Positions 1-13,327 of a stretch of DNA of 64,000 nucleotides are shown here, piece by piece. Numbering within the stretch: the first letter of the stretch is position 1; each line of letters begins with the position of its first letter. Both the position numbers and the translations under genes were made by a program. Source of the stretch: Eledone cirrhosa (taxonomy: Eukaryota); assembly GCA_964016885.1 (NCBI GenBank), contig OZ024755.1:12028001-12092000 (forward strand), in the 5' to 3' direction. Below the pieces are notes generated by a model. It was not told where the DNA came from. It ran no database searches and saw only the letters and a list, made by a program, of their open reading frames with translations.

Positions 1-270
1 CACTGCAATAAATTTTTGCGGAAAAATATTTTACCTTCTCCTTAAAAAATATATATTTTGCGAATTCAAGAGACTTTTAATAATGTCTTTTGGTCTTCCA
101 CACTCACTTAATATATATATACTTATATATATATATATACATATATATATGTATGTATATACATATATATATATACATATATACATATACATATATATAT
201 ATACATATATATATATATACATATACATGTTTTCAACTTGTACAAAAGTCCCTAGGGATCTAATTGACAT

Positions 271-308
<38 letters not shown>

Positions 309-333
309 ATATTATATATATATTATATATATA

Positions 334-398
<65 letters not shown>

Positions 399-523
399 CT
401 GTTTGTTAAAATAATCAAATTAAATTAATTCTACAGTTAAACATACATAGGAATAACAGGTTGTTACCAAAGAGCCAGAAGATTGACAAGTCCACCCTAC
501 ATATGACTAATAGCTCTAGGAAT

Positions 524-819
524 GTAGGTTTATAATTATTAATTTTCAATACACTTTTGTAGCTGTCTCGTCGGCCTAGCTGGAGGAATCATCGACGGTG
601 GTGATCCTGGTCTGAAGTTCGATTCAGCTCGGGAGTATGGTTCCCGGTAAACCTTTTCAGTTTTTTTCTATGGGATGTAAAATAAAAACCGAAAAAGATT
701 ACATGTACCTTTCGACCAGGATTGAACCCAAGACCAGACCTCCACCGTCTCTAGTAAATACCACTAGACCACTGAGACAGCTACGAAAGCTTGTTAAGAG
801 TTCATACTTATAAACCTAC
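524..819. repeat. Imperfect inverted-repeat element with tRNA-like (box A/box B) arms
   Basis: gtaggtttataa (524) pairs with ttataaacctac (808-819), and gtagctgtctc with gagacagctac. The right arm read on minus has gtggtctagtgg (box A-like) and gggttcaatcc (box B-like). Confidence 0.55.
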
Positions 820-1189
820 TTTCATAATGTTCAAAACAAAATGATGTATTGTCATTCATGTCTTTCGTAATGTTATTGCTCCTACTTAAGGTCGACTTCT
901 AAATCATTTGGGTGTTCGATAAACTATATCCTCGTCTTGTTTCTCATCTATCTGGACTATATTTTAATCTGTAAAAAATGTTTCAATTCTGTTGCACCTC
1001 CTTTCTCACCCCCCCCCCCCCCTCTCTGTTATATTTGAATCTACTATGATTGGGCTTACTTTATTCATATATATATGTTTTTGCATGTCAGTTAAATTCA
1101 AACTTACAATGATTGGCATCATATATATATATGTATATATGTGTGTGTGTGTGTATATATATGTGTGTGTATATATGTGTGTGTATATA

Positions 1190-1225
<36 letters not shown>

Positions 1226-1425
1226 CACGAGGGTGGGCTGAAATGTTCATAGGTTGACTATGGAGTGATGCTTGGGCCTTTAAATCTTGCATGCATAATT
1301 AATTTCAACTCTTCTTATAAATAACTGCATTGCATCTTTCCATGGACTATGTTGAAAAAATAAACCTTATTTAGTCATTCCATGACAGTATTTTAGTCAG
1401 CCTATGAACGTTTCAGCCGACCATG
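1226..1425. mobile_element. Mariner-like MITE
   Basis: TIRs cacgagggtgggctgaaatgttcataggttgacta / tagtcagcctatgaacgtttcagccgaccatg with TA on both flanks. A lone TIR copy lies near 55368-55400. Confidence 0.7.
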
Positions 1426-1588
1426 TATATAAACACACACACACACACACACACATTTTTATATAGACACATGCATATGTTACATTTACGATAAACGCAT
1501 GAATTTTTACAGAAAAATATGACAGAAACCGTCTGCGTGAATCGAATTATACAGTTGTGTTAGATCTGACAAGTACATAGATTATTAC

Positions 1589-1767
1589 TGGCAGTATCGC
1601 TAGAGGGTCGGACGCCATGCTTTGCAGCACAGTCACCTCCCTTTACGGACTGACTTCAAAACCCGCCGAGGTTAACTTTGCCTTTCATCCTTAAGGGGTC
1701 GATAAAATAAAGTACCAGTAATACACTGGGATAATTGCTGGCCTTGTGCCAAAAGTAGAAACAATTA
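1589..1767 (+). mobile_element. tRNA-derived SINE family 1
   Basis: Box A-like tggcagtatcg and degenerate box B. Central aactttgcctttcatcct...ggggtcgataaaataaagtaccag resembles the Meta/MESC SINE domain. 3' end ggccttgtgccaaaagtagaaacaatta. Many copies in the window. Confidence 0.85.
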
Positions 1768-2175
1768 CATTAAAATAACCTGTGGTATTGACATAGATGA
1801 ACGTTTAACCGTTAAAGGACGAAAAAGAAGCACAATGAAAGTAAGGTACTCAATACTTTAAGTATGTGACGTTTATGTGGCGTGACAAAGTGTAATTTTT
1901 CGATGAATGCAACTGGATTTGTCTTAAAATGGTCAACTCAACGACACCCACAGCCACGAAATGCACTCCTTCTGCACACATATAACAGTACCGTCAGAGT
2001 TGCAGCCCTCAAATGCCAAACTATTTGCTTAGTCATCTCAATCATCCGGATGAGACATTTTTTGTTTTTAGTTTTTTGTTAATTTCAACCTCCTCTTTCT
2101 TCTTTCCTAATGAAGGACAGGCGTCCAGTGTGTTGAAATATTCATTTTCCTTTTGCTACAAGCGTGAAATTAATA

Positions 2176-2207
<32 letters not shown>

Positions 2208-2217
2208 GGAAGGATTA

Positions 2218-2345
2218 GTGATTAGAGTGTTGGCTTGCAATCGAGAGGTTGTGAGTTCGATTCTCGGACCGAGTGATGCGTTGTATACTTGACCAAGATA
2301 CTTTATTTCACGTTGCTCCAGTTTACTCAGCTATAGAAATGAGTT
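2218..2345 (+). mobile_element. tRNA-derived SINE family 2 (5' part)
   Basis: Box B gagttcgattc followed by ttgaccaagatactttatttcacgttgctccag. Diverged copies near 32860-33010(-), 43460-43560(+), 45840-46010(-), 47690-47830(-) and 48335-48470(-). Confidence 0.65.
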
Positions 2346-2471
2346 GCGACGGCCATTGTCCTTTCCTTGCACAACATCGGTGGCGTGGATGGGCAACTAT
2401 TGTTGTTCCACAAACAACCGTGCCCGGTACAAATCCCATCGTCATTCGTGACCGATGGGGGTATTTTACTA

Positions 2472-2535
<64 letters not shown>

Positions 2536-2539
<4 letters not shown>

Positions 2540-2704
2540 AAAATGTTCAAGACCCCGACGGCAGAGCTCGAGCCATTTCGACGGCTATTTCTGCGTCCAG
2601 AAATAGCCGTCGGGGTCTTGAACATTTTCCTATTATCCACTCTACCTAAGTATTGAGTACTCTGGTGCGTTATGGTCCACCTGGTTCCTTAATACACTTC
2701 TTCG

Positions 2705-2706
<2 letters not shown>
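2536..2706 (+). mobile_element. Family A fold-back element in (TA)n
   Basis: Inverted arms taggaaaatgttcaagacccc / ggggtcttgaacattttccta plus a ~74 nt unpaired tail. Other copies at 41523, 54068 and 63162. The right arm has a gccgtc-to-gccgtc deletion. Confidence 0.85.
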
Positions 2707-2763
<57 letters not shown>

Positions 2764-3383
2764 TACGTGTATAGTAAAATACTAATTAAAATAATGACGA
2801 AATATTAATTTAAGATCAACAGCGGACTGAAACTCCTTTTTGTATGGCTTCTCATATGCAGTCGTTATAAATAAAAATATTTACTTTGTTTAAAATGTAA
2901 ATACGTGTTTAATGGTTATCAATAAGAAATAATGTATATTTCATAATGATGCCTTTTTATTTAATTATGTGTTTCGTTAATTATGTAACTAATTAGCAAT
3001 GATATATCTTATTATAAATTATAAATTGTAGGTTCTCCTTTAGTTTAATAAACAATAAGGGTGGACAAAATTTTAATGAAAACTTAAATTAAAAAAACAT
3101 TATGCGAGTGCGTGTGCATGTACATGTAAAAGAGAGAGAGAGAGAGAGAGTGTGTGTGTGTGTGTGTGCGTGTGTGTGTGTGTGTGCGTGTGTGTGTGTG
3201 TGTGTGTGACGGTATATGACTGTATAATTAATACAGAGAATAAAATAATAAAATTAAAGTATGTTTAGAATCTAATTGGAAAAGAAAAATTGTATATAAC
3301 ATACATAGTGGCTTATAGGATATACAGATGTATATGAATATATAGATATACAAACATATATAAACACACACACACACATATGC

Positions 3384-3475
<92 letters not shown>

Positions 3476-3478
<3 letters not shown>

Positions 3479-3959
3479 TATGTACACGTACATACATATA
3501 TGTATACAGACGTACAGTAGTATGTATATATATATATACATACATGCACACATATATATATGTACGTATGGATTCACCGAACATTTATTATAATGCTCGG
3601 TGTGCTTGTAAACAAACATCCCGTATTAAGCCGTAGTGTCCAGCAACCATCGTTGCTCGTTTGTTCAACACTGACAAAGGAACGCTGTACTAGTTTCAAG
3701 CTTATTAGCTATCGTCAGCAACGTATACCTTCCTGCCAGATTGTTGAACGTATATACTTACCTTATGCATATTAACGGCTGAGTAGCCCAATTTGCATAT
3801 CGAGTGGGTTAATCGGCCGGGTGCATGTATGTATATATATATACATACTACTGTACGTCTGTATATATACATATATATATGTACGTGTACATACTTATAT
3901 TTAAGTAACAGCCGTACTAAGAGTGGGAAATGAAATTTCGTTTCATTTTTTTCCGTTTA
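3476..3959. mobile_element. Family H fold-back element (HHR-bearing) in (TA)n
   Basis: Antisense arm 3476-3825 and sense arm to 3959 with a ~59 nt tail. Homologous to 61184-61998 with the same endpoints. Confidence 0.85.
3682..3724 (-). ncRNA. Type I hammerhead ribozyme (family H)
   Basis: Minus strand reads acgttg-CTGACGA-tagctaataagctt-GAAA-CTAG-TA-cagcgt. Stem I is 6 bp, stem III is the palindrome ACTAGT, and the cleavage triplet is GUA. Confidence 0.85.
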
Positions 3960-3969
3960 TGTATATATA

Positions 3970-4051
3970 TATTTTTAATATGGTATCCCTGAAATATGTA
4001 TAATGAAATAAATATGATTTTATAAATATAGTTTCCATTTGTTTAATATCG
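3970..4051 (+). mobile_element. Family B 3' fragment (3' half of HHR)
   Basis: ccctGAAATATGTATAatgaaataaatatg...tttccattt matches the copies at 26021, 52573 and 62269. Confidence 0.75.
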
Positions 4052-4137
4052 TATATCTACTCCAAAACTTGTTGAGTGCTTTATATCAGTTATAAAATAT
4101 TTACTCGTTGTTACCCAATAATTTTAAATAAAACTTT

Positions 4138-4179
<42 letters not shown>

Positions 4180-4186
<7 letters not shown>

Positions 4187-4524
4187 GAGGGCTTTTTTAC
4201 AAAATGAAAAGTAACCGAGGTGTCCTACACGAGTGAAAGTATAAAGAAAAAAAGATGAAATCAAAAATACAACTGGAGTCTAATTTTTAAAAAAATATAT
4301 ATATTTATTTGGTTCCTTTACCGGTTTCGCAGTTCTTCTGTTTTTCAAAAGTAGAGTTGAGATGGAGGGTCTGTGTTTTCCTCACATCTGATGTGAGAAA
4401 AACCACAGACCCTCCATCTCAACTCTACTTTTGAAAAACAGAAGAACTGCGAAACCGGTAAAGGAACCAAATAAATATATATATTTTTTTTTAAATAAGA
4501 CTCCAGTTGCATTTTTGATTTCAT

Positions 4525-4527
<3 letters not shown>
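4180..4527 (-). mobile_element. Family C fold-back element with variant HHR-like core
   Basis: Palindrome centred near 4389 with a ~70 nt tail on the left. Each arm reads tactt-TTGAAAA-acagaagaactgc-GAAA-CCGG-TA-aagga (4426-4465 +, 4314-4353 -). Other copies at 5376-5545 and from 63952 to the window end. Confidence 0.8.
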
Positions 4528-4618
<91 letters not shown>

Positions 4619-4889
4619 ACATGTATATAGAGAAATATATGTTGTACATTTGAATGTATCAGTTGGTAGATGCAGATTCCAGTTATGTAAGTGATTGTAT
4701 AAGACCATCTTGTCTCTTGTGAAACCTAATTTCTCAGTGCTACGTCTTTATAATTGTGATTTTATATTCGTGTTATTGCATATTGTAAGTACTTCAGAAA
4801 CCACTCCACATTTCTTTCAAAACAGAAAAAATAAACTGCTTTGAAATTCAATCGTTGTTGCTGTTGTTTAGCCATAGTTGTTCGTGTCT

Positions 4890-4920
<31 letters not shown>

Positions 4921-5312
4921 TAAGCTCGTCAATAAGACGTTGGGGTGGCGGAGAGAACAAAAATGTCCAATATGTTCTGATTTTTTTTTTTTTTTTTTTT
5001 TTTTAAAGACAGTTGCTATGAGTTGAGGGAAGGTTGTCTGCTATATGTACCATGGACTCGGACAAGTGCTGCAGAGTAATCTACCGAAAAATGATTGACA
5101 CATGATACGGTTATTTAAATACGAGGTATGTTTGTCTTTACCTAACTTTACAAATATTGCTATATGAAATGAAAAGATGAAATTTACAGCTAACGCTTAT
5201 ATAGGTTCACCAGATCTCTTACGAGATTAGATCTCCTATAAGGTTTCTTGGGGAATTTAATTATAGGGATACCACTCCTATTACTATAGATACATATTTA
5301 TGTGTGTGTGTG

Positions 5313-5375
<63 letters not shown>

Positions 5376-5379
<4 letters not shown>

Positions 5380-5545
5380 ATGAGGGTTTTTTTGTAATAA
5401 AAAACAAGATGTCCTACAAGTATAAAGAAAAGAAATCGAAAATGCAACTGGAGTCTTTTTAAGAATATTTATTTATTTCCTTTACCGATTTCACACTTCT
5501 TATGTTTTACAAAAGTAAAAATAAGATGAAGGGTTTGTGGTCTGA
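5376..5545 (-). mobile_element. Family C diverged copy without inversion
   Basis: Colinear with 4180-4375 and flanked by (TA)n. Confidence 0.75.
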
Positions 5546-5568
5546 TTATATATATATATATATATATA

Positions 5569-5848
5569 TTGTTATACTTTGGGAGGGTCATGTTGCAAAT
5601 AAGAAACACACGCACCAGTTGCTTTCACTTCAATGAGTATATATAAACAACTATCTGGTTGTGGAACCAACTAACCAACCAGAAATTTATAAATTTGTAA
5701 ATTTGTAAATTTATAAATATATAATAAATTGAAGTGAAAGCAACTGGTGCGTGTGTTTCTTATTGGCAACATGACCCTCCCAAAGTATAACAATATCGGT
5801 TTCAACACACGATTTCAGATAAAGAATCTTGCTAAACAAATTCAGAAA

Positions 5849-5850
<2 letters not shown>
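5569..5850 (+). mobile_element. Family F fold-back element in (TA)n
   Basis: Arms ttgttatactttgggagggtcatgttg / caacatgaccctcccaaagtataacaa plus a 57 nt tail (5794-5850). Same endpoints as 62528-62801. Fragment at 6430-6477. Confidence 0.85.
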
Positions 5851-5897
<47 letters not shown>

Positions 5898-5899
<2 letters not shown>

Positions 5900-6127
5900 C
5901 ATTCATTTAAATTATTGACGTATTGTTTTATTGATATTTTTTATCTGTTTGTCCCGAATCTTCCTTTATCGATTTTTTATCGTATGGTTGATTGTAGACT
6001 TGTTCTATATGTGACGGTATTTTAACGATAGTTATAGCTCTGATTCATCTGAATTATTGAGCCCTCTGCCGCTCATTTCGAATCTTGTTTATCGTGAACT
6101 CGTGCGCCGATTTTTCGATACTCGATC

Positions 6128-6133
<6 letters not shown>
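5898..6133 (+). mobile_element. Family G element in (TA)n
   Basis: Reverse-complement copy at 38067-38280, also (TA)n-flanked, sharing the same end. No HHR seen. Strand is arbitrary. Confidence 0.7.
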
Positions 6134-6171
<38 letters not shown>

Positions 6172-6476
6172 TAACCCGATAGTAGCCGCATGCCAGCTCA
6201 CTAATGGTAGTTCTAATTCCATTCTTTATTCCTGTTTAAGTCTAACCCTAAATCACACACCTATCTCCACCGCTATACAATTATTTCCTCCTTTCAGCTC
6301 CCTATACCTCACTCCTCTTAGCTCACAATTAGCTTCGTCCTCACTCCTTAATTACGCAACATTGTCTGAGACCGTGCCCAATTACAACTACACAATCCTA
6401 CAATCCACTAATTATATTATATATATATATTGTTATACTTAGGGAGGGTCATGCTGCCAATAAATTCAAGAACGAA

Positions 6477-6517
<41 letters not shown>

Positions 6518-6529
6518 CACGCACGCACG

Positions 6530-6569
<40 letters not shown>

Positions 6570-9500
6570 CATACATACAGTGCCATGCTGAATCACTCCG
6601 AGAATTACATTAAGAGTATGTGTATGTCGAATGCTCAGCCACTTGAACGTACATGTTGCGAGCCGGCTGTTTGATAAAAAAAATGGAACACACATTGCCG
6701 AAACAAATAGAGACCCATTCTAGAGAGAAACTGAAAGGCAGTATAAATCACCACTTCTTTATGGGATCTACAAGTTTGGTAAAAGGGAGGGAAGAAGATA
6801 TCTTCAGAGCAGAGAACTCACCAAAGGGCTCGCAATAAAATGGACTCCGTTAAAGAAAGTCAAACGTGTACTTCTACATGACAATGATACATGAGCTACA
6901 CGGCATAATATCCGTGCGTGTGTGTGTGATTGTGTTTGTTTTTATGGGGTTTTTTTGGTGGGGGATATTAAAATATATTTTCAGTTCCTAAGATAAGGTT
7001 TCCCTGTATTCTTTACGAATTGATTTATTCAGATAATTGATTTAATATAATAATACTAATTATTAATTTTATATCAAATGATTTATGTGAATGAAGTGAG
7101 CAAATATTTTTCAAACTCTCATGATCTCTACGACATGTCGTAGGGCAGGAAACATTAAAACAATATCTAAAGTTATTTTATGACTAGGTTGTTGAGACAG
7201 AACCTATCCATTAATTTAGGTATTCGTTTAACAACCAATTCGTTTTTATGAACATGTCAGTGGAACAGAACCTGGTCGTTAATTGAGGAGTAGAAATGGT
7301 ATTTCTGCATAAGTGTTGTTTAAATTATCTAACAAACACTTCTATACAGCCAAATGACTCACTAATTCTATAAAGGAATTTAGAGATGATATCCAATCTT
7401 TGATATCAGACAATATCCATGCATCTAATGTCTTGCCTTTGATTATTCTTATGGAATTATTCAATTATTAACTGCCTATTGATCCCTGTTTTCATCCTCA
7501 AATTCGCCTAATTAATTTTTCAGATTACTTCAGTATATCAAAGAATTCTTGTCAACCTTTTTCTCTTTTATTCATTCATTTTTCTCGCGGCTTTATCGAT
7601 GACAAGGCAGTGAATTGGCAGAGTTGTTAGTGTAGAGGTTCAGATAAAATACCTTGCAATGCGTGTCCCAAAACTGTGTGTTCTGAGTTCAAATCCTACT
7701 AAAGTCAACTTTGCTTTTCATCCTCTAGCGAGTGGTGGAGGTTCAATAAATAAAGTACCAGCCAAGGCCAGTAATACTGGAGTCATCTCTTTTATTTCTA
7801 TTTCTCAGTACTTGAATGTTCATCGTCGGTACCGACAGCTAATTCTTTACCGCTGTCACTTGTGTGTAGAATACATAATGGTTTCTAACTATGGCACGGG
7901 CACAAGGTCAGCAATTTGTGAAAAGAGGAAAGTCGTTTCTCTCAACATCGAGTTAAGTTATTATTTTTATTTTCAATTTGCAAAGAAATAAGTACAATTC
8001 GACATTTACATGCTTTTATATATGAGACCATAACTCCTGGTAGATTCGAAGAGGTGTTGTAGAATCATACAACGTTTGTTTCTTCAGCGTTTTCAAACCT
8101 GGCGGAGCCCGTTCCCTCTCCAGGTATGAACACAGCCAGTTTCTTCCAGAGAAGAGAGAGTCATTGAGAGAAGAAGTGAGAGATATAGAAGAAACGACCC
8201 CAGAACTGGATTGGTACTTTATTAACAACCTTGATAGGATAAAAAGCAAAGTTAACCTAGATGTAAAGAGCCGGATTGAATATCGCAAAGCATTCTATCC
8301 GATGTTCTATATACTCAATGTATAAATTTATACAGACATTCACACAGGCTTGGTTATGTTTATATTATATATGTAGGGATACAAATTTATCGTAGACTTC
8401 AGCTGCTTGGCAGACAGTTCATTAGATATTTTGGATCTAATTTTATCAAAGAATTCAACAATCTTTCACAAGTCAAATTTTCATCTCAAGATCTATTTAA
8501 GACATCCCAAAGATATGTGTATGTGCATGTGTGTCAGTGTGTGTGAATGTACAGATTCTATACCTTTAGCTGGTGTTTCGTGCACAAGATGGCGGATGCA
8601 CTGCCGCGGAGTATAGCAAGCAATACCTACTGCGCTAGCCATTCCACCTCGCGGGTCTTCTTCCTCGGGTGGGAAGCCATTGTCCTGATTTGGCAGAGGA
8701 AAACGGTTATTTTGGTTGATACTATAGTAAACCGAATATATCAATTCGCAAAAAGAAGAAGAAAAAACCCAAAACCAAAAAATCGATTCCAATACGTAAT
8801 TAGTTGTGAACAACTCATATTGGAAACACTGTGAGAGAGAAAACCCATATGTGCTAACATCCGCTGTGGCATTTCCCCATAAGCTGAACGTCTGTAAAGA
8901 TTATTATTGAAAGACGATTCCAAGAGATAATATGGGCTCAATTAGATAATGTGGACTCGGTTGTTGTGGATAATGCAATCAGTCAGCAAATATTACTTGC
9001 TTTTAGTTCAATATTTATTATGACCCAATACTTTCAATACTCATCATCATGACTATCATTTAACATCCGTTAAGAGTTGGACAGCTCGGCACAGGCAGTG
9101 CCCGTACATAATTAATGCCACTGACCTTTCAGATGTGTCGTAGACCGCATCTCACATCCATTTTTTCACATTACAAAGTGTACAGGGTACATTTTATCTT
9201 GGCACTAACACGAGGGGTATTTTGTCCTTATCACAACTGAAGAATAATCTCTGTGATAGTTATATATTTGAGAGAAGGCACATAGCTTCGAGTTTAGAGT
9301 GTTCGATTTATGATTGTAATTTCATTCAAAACCTTTCTATTTGATTGGTCTACATTGTTTCCGGACGTGACGTTTGTCTTGTATGATTAGAGGTGAAATA
9401 GAATAGACGTAAATTTCACGAGTAGGTTGTTCTGTTGTTCAAACAATTGCAACATTTGTTGTCGTAACCGACAAAGGCCCAACATATATTTGATATTTAT

Positions 9501-9777
9501 AAGTTATCTAGCAATGTTAATAATACTTTAATTCAAAATAACTCGCATGTTATTTCAGATATAGTTAATTCCAAATTAATTCCACATAGAGCAAGCTTTT
9601 AACTTTTGATACTGCAATTTTTTATAATTTGTCCACTAATAAAGATTCTCAAAACATTTGAGTTAACAAACTTGTTTTCAGATATTTTCTACTAAACCAT
9701 TAGAGGATGTTAAGAGTCAAGAGCAATATTTTATTTTAAAATAAACAATGAATTGTCAGAATTCGTACTTTAATAAT

Positions 9778-9860
9778 TGTTTCTACGTTAGGCACAAGGC
9801 CAGCAATTACCCAGTGCATTACTGGTACTTTATTTTATCGACCCCGTAAGGATGAAAGGC
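9778..9860 (-). mobile_element. 5'-truncated SINE family 1 with 17 bp TSD
   Basis: TSD attcgtactttaataat at 9761-9777 and 9861-9877. Confidence 0.85.
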
Positions 9861-10406
9861 ATTCGTACTTTAATAATAAAAGTTGGGCCGGAACATTGAG
9901 TTCTACAGTCTAGGAGAAACGAGATATTTTCTAAAATGCAAGTTCGGAAAGACGATGATATTGTAATTGACACATTAACAAATAATTAATTTCGACATTT
10001 CTACTCAATAAAATAATTGTTTTAAATTTAAGAACACGGTTACGATATTTTCAAGAATATATCAAATCACTGTATGAATTATTCAACTCAACCGATAAAG
10101 AATTACAGTATAAGGAACATTATAAGATAATATCCCTTCCATTCTAATTCGTTTCTAATTGAAACTTCAATACTTCATGTAAATGTCCGAACTATGGCTA
10201 TCTATTTTTATTATTGGGGAATTTTTTCTTGTAATTTTATTGTTACTTTATTGTTACTTTGTTATTGTTACTTTGTTATTGTTACTTTGTTATTGTTATT
10301 CATATTGTTTACTCGATTTTTCTGTAAAACCCCACTGTCCCAGTCTTTTGTATTGTCCCCTATATGTCGGCCCTTGTGGCCAATAAATGAAATCATTATT
10401 ACACAA

Positions 10407-10595
10407 GGGCGGTGGATTGGCAGTATCGGTAGAGAGTCGGACGCCATGTTTTCCAGCATCGATATGTCCCTTTACGGTTTAAGTTGAAATCCCGCCGAGG
10501 TTAACTTTGCCTTTCATCCTTATGGGGTCGATAAAATAAAGTACCAATAATATATTGGATAATTGTTGGCCTTGTGCCAAAAGTAGAAACAATTA
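10407..10595 (+). mobile_element. Full-length SINE family 1
   Basis: Runs ggcggtggattggcagtatcgg...agtagaaacaatta, with direct repeat attattacaca on both sides. Confidence 0.85.
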
Positions 10596-11138
10596 TTACA
10601 CATAAAAATATTCTATATGAATTAAAATATACTTCTATTACGAATTACGCCGTGTTGGTGTTCTCACTAATTAAGTTATCAAGGACTTCAATGTAAATTC
10701 CATCGTGTTAATACTGTGACCAGAAAGGAATCAATGTTACCAGTGAAGATCTTTTTTTTTTAGATTTTCTGCCAAAATACAGACAACTGTAATTTCATTA
10801 TTTCAAAATATATTTGAAAATATTGCGTAATTAATAACAGTGAGAAAGTCTGCAAACTTTCATAGGTTCTTCCTCTCTTTAGATTTTAAATAAGATAAAT
10901 AAAATCGATCTGGAGATAGAAAGCAGGGCATTAAGAGGTTTACAGATTTTTTGTATTAAAAAAATATATTTTTCCATCAGGTATATTAAAAAATGATACT
11001 ATTTACAACCGCATAAGATGTTAACCCAAATATAATACAATATGCTGAATATATTTTTAAGTGAACGTTGTACTACCATCTAGCGTTATGTAAGAAATAA
11101 TCATTGAGCTATACAGATTAAAAGTCAATTCACATTCA

Positions 11139-12349
11139 GCGAGGCCATTGAGGCTGTTTTTTTTAACACAATGCTTTGATGTTACTCTGGGAGATAAATA
11201 TAGCTTTGACGAGTAGAATAAACTATAGTTTGGTAGTTTTGTAATTCTAGTTCAAAAGTTATGAATGTTTTTCGATTTTGAGATAATATAAAAGAAACCA
11301 GGGTCATAAGTAGAGTATTTTATTATTTATTGAAGTTATCTTCATGACTACTGCCTCAAGTATCACTTTCACCATCACTGACTTCATCTTCGGGCTCTTC
11401 TTCATCTTCGGGCTCTTCCTCGTCTTCAATGGCTTTTAATATGCTCGTAAAGCTTGTTCAGATGAGAATTAGCCTTGTTAATGCATCCTTGGACTGTTTT
11501 GCTCTCCATATTTTGAAATGATGCATACAGTCATGCCAGCACTTGCTCAAAGGTGGTGTTTGTGGTGTACTGTCTTCCCATCTCTCCCTTGACAATGCCC
11601 CATACGAGCGCGATCGGCTGCAAATCGGAATGATGCGGTGGAGAAAAGATGATCTCATGACCTCTTTCTCTTGACATGGAACAAACGACTGAAACTATGT
11701 GTGGTTTACTGTACTCCCTCAGCTTTTCCTATAGTACACAGTTCAGATATCCTGCTTCGAATGGAATCTCTCTTTCTCGACATGCCGCCAGCATTTGAGT
11801 CTTCTTCCACGATCCTTTTGGTGTCATCTTCTGCTCTGAAATTTTTTCACCAGTCTCAACAAATTTGGTCCAGATTTCGCTACAGAGTTTATTACTTCGA
11901 CCGAAGACATTCGCAGTCGGTTCGTGGCATCTGCATTCTTCTTCCTTCACCTAGGTCTTTTAATAACTGTGTAGCATGACATGTTCATGACGGAATTTGG
12001 CTTGCACAGAGAGAATATCCAGTTTCTCCTTGTTAAGGCCCCTAGGTAGATTTTTTTCACGGAACTTTCCACAGATTCGAGAAATCGTTTATCCACAACC
12101 TTATCCGTCTTCTTCGGAGTGTAAGAAATATTTCCCTCTCTTTTGTTTCTTCTTGGCTTCAAATTACGATCTTCAGCTTGATCCTTCTCTTCATTTCTTT
12201 CCATAAATTTTGATTATAGAGAGAAAAAATAATTAATGATGCAAAAGAAAGATCTCAACGAGCTCTATTCAACGATATAATGGATTTAAACTAGCAGTAA
12301 AAACTGAGTAAAACACAAAATAGGCCTCAATGGTGTCGCGGACGGTTAG
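11139..12349 (-). mobile_element. Decayed IS630/Tc1-mariner DNA transposon (possibly Sailor/DD82E-like)
   Basis: TIR remnants gcgaggccattgaggc (11139) / gcctcaatggtgtcgc (about 12324-12339) enclose transposase remnants. Confidence 0.65.
11323..12204 (-). pseudogene. Transposase pseudogene (DDE C-terminal region)
   Basis: Manual translation: ...KKTQMLAACREREIPFEAG...L*EKLREY...GHEIIFSPPHHSDLQPIALVWGIVKGEMGRQY...*..., ending in an acidic tail. This matches the PPxxxDLxPIExxW motif with the catalytic E changed to A. In-frame stops and frameshifts present. Confidence 0.8.
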
Positions 12350-12567
12350 TACATATATTTGTTTAGATTACAATTCTGTTGAAATCTATATTAATATACG
12401 CAATAACGATAAAAACATGCTTCATAATTCGTGACATAAATATTAAATATAGATTATAAATGATTGGAGAATTTTTTTACATTATTAACAGTTTGATTAT
12501 TTTGTTTTTATTTTATTTTTTTTAATTTAAACTGCTGAGAGTAAGTGAAATATAAGCAAAAGAAAAA

Positions 12568-12628
<61 letters not shown>

Positions 12629-12758
12629 CAACATCATCATTGAACATACATTTTCCTTGCTGGTGGGGGGAGGGGAGGAGAGAAGGTCATCACAGAGAAA
12701 ATCAATACATAGTCGAAGCTACTGATCTCTACAGAGTAATATATGTATACATATATAC

Positions 12759-12874
<116 letters not shown>

Positions 12875-12967
12875 GAAGAATAAGGCAGTATGTTAGACTC
12901 TTACGTAATTTTATTAATTTACGCCATTAATAAACTGATGTAAGATTCCAAAATACGCCCTTGGGGA

Positions 12968-13327
12968 CTGGCAGAACCGGTAGAGGGTCAGACGCCATGC
13001 TTTGAAGCATAGAGTTCGGCCATTTATTATCTGAGTTCAAATCCCGCCGAGGTTAACTTTGCCTTTCATCCTTACTGGGTCGATAAAATAAAGTAGCAGT
13101 AATGCACTGTGATAATTATTGGCCTTGTGCCTACATAAGAAACCATTGGCAGTATCGGTAGAAGGTCGGACGCCATGTTTTCCAGCATAGTTACGTCCCT
13201 TTACGATCTGAGTTCAAATCCCGCCGAGGTTGACTTTGCCTTTCATCCTTACGGGGTCGATAAAATAAAGTACCAGTAATGCACTGGGTAATTGCTGGCC
13301 TTGTGCCTAAAGTAGAAACAATTATTA
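12968..13327 (+). mobile_element. Two tandem SINE family 1 copies
   Basis: Head-to-tail copies at about 12968-13145 and 13146-13327, each with box B gagttcaaatcc. Confidence 0.85.
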
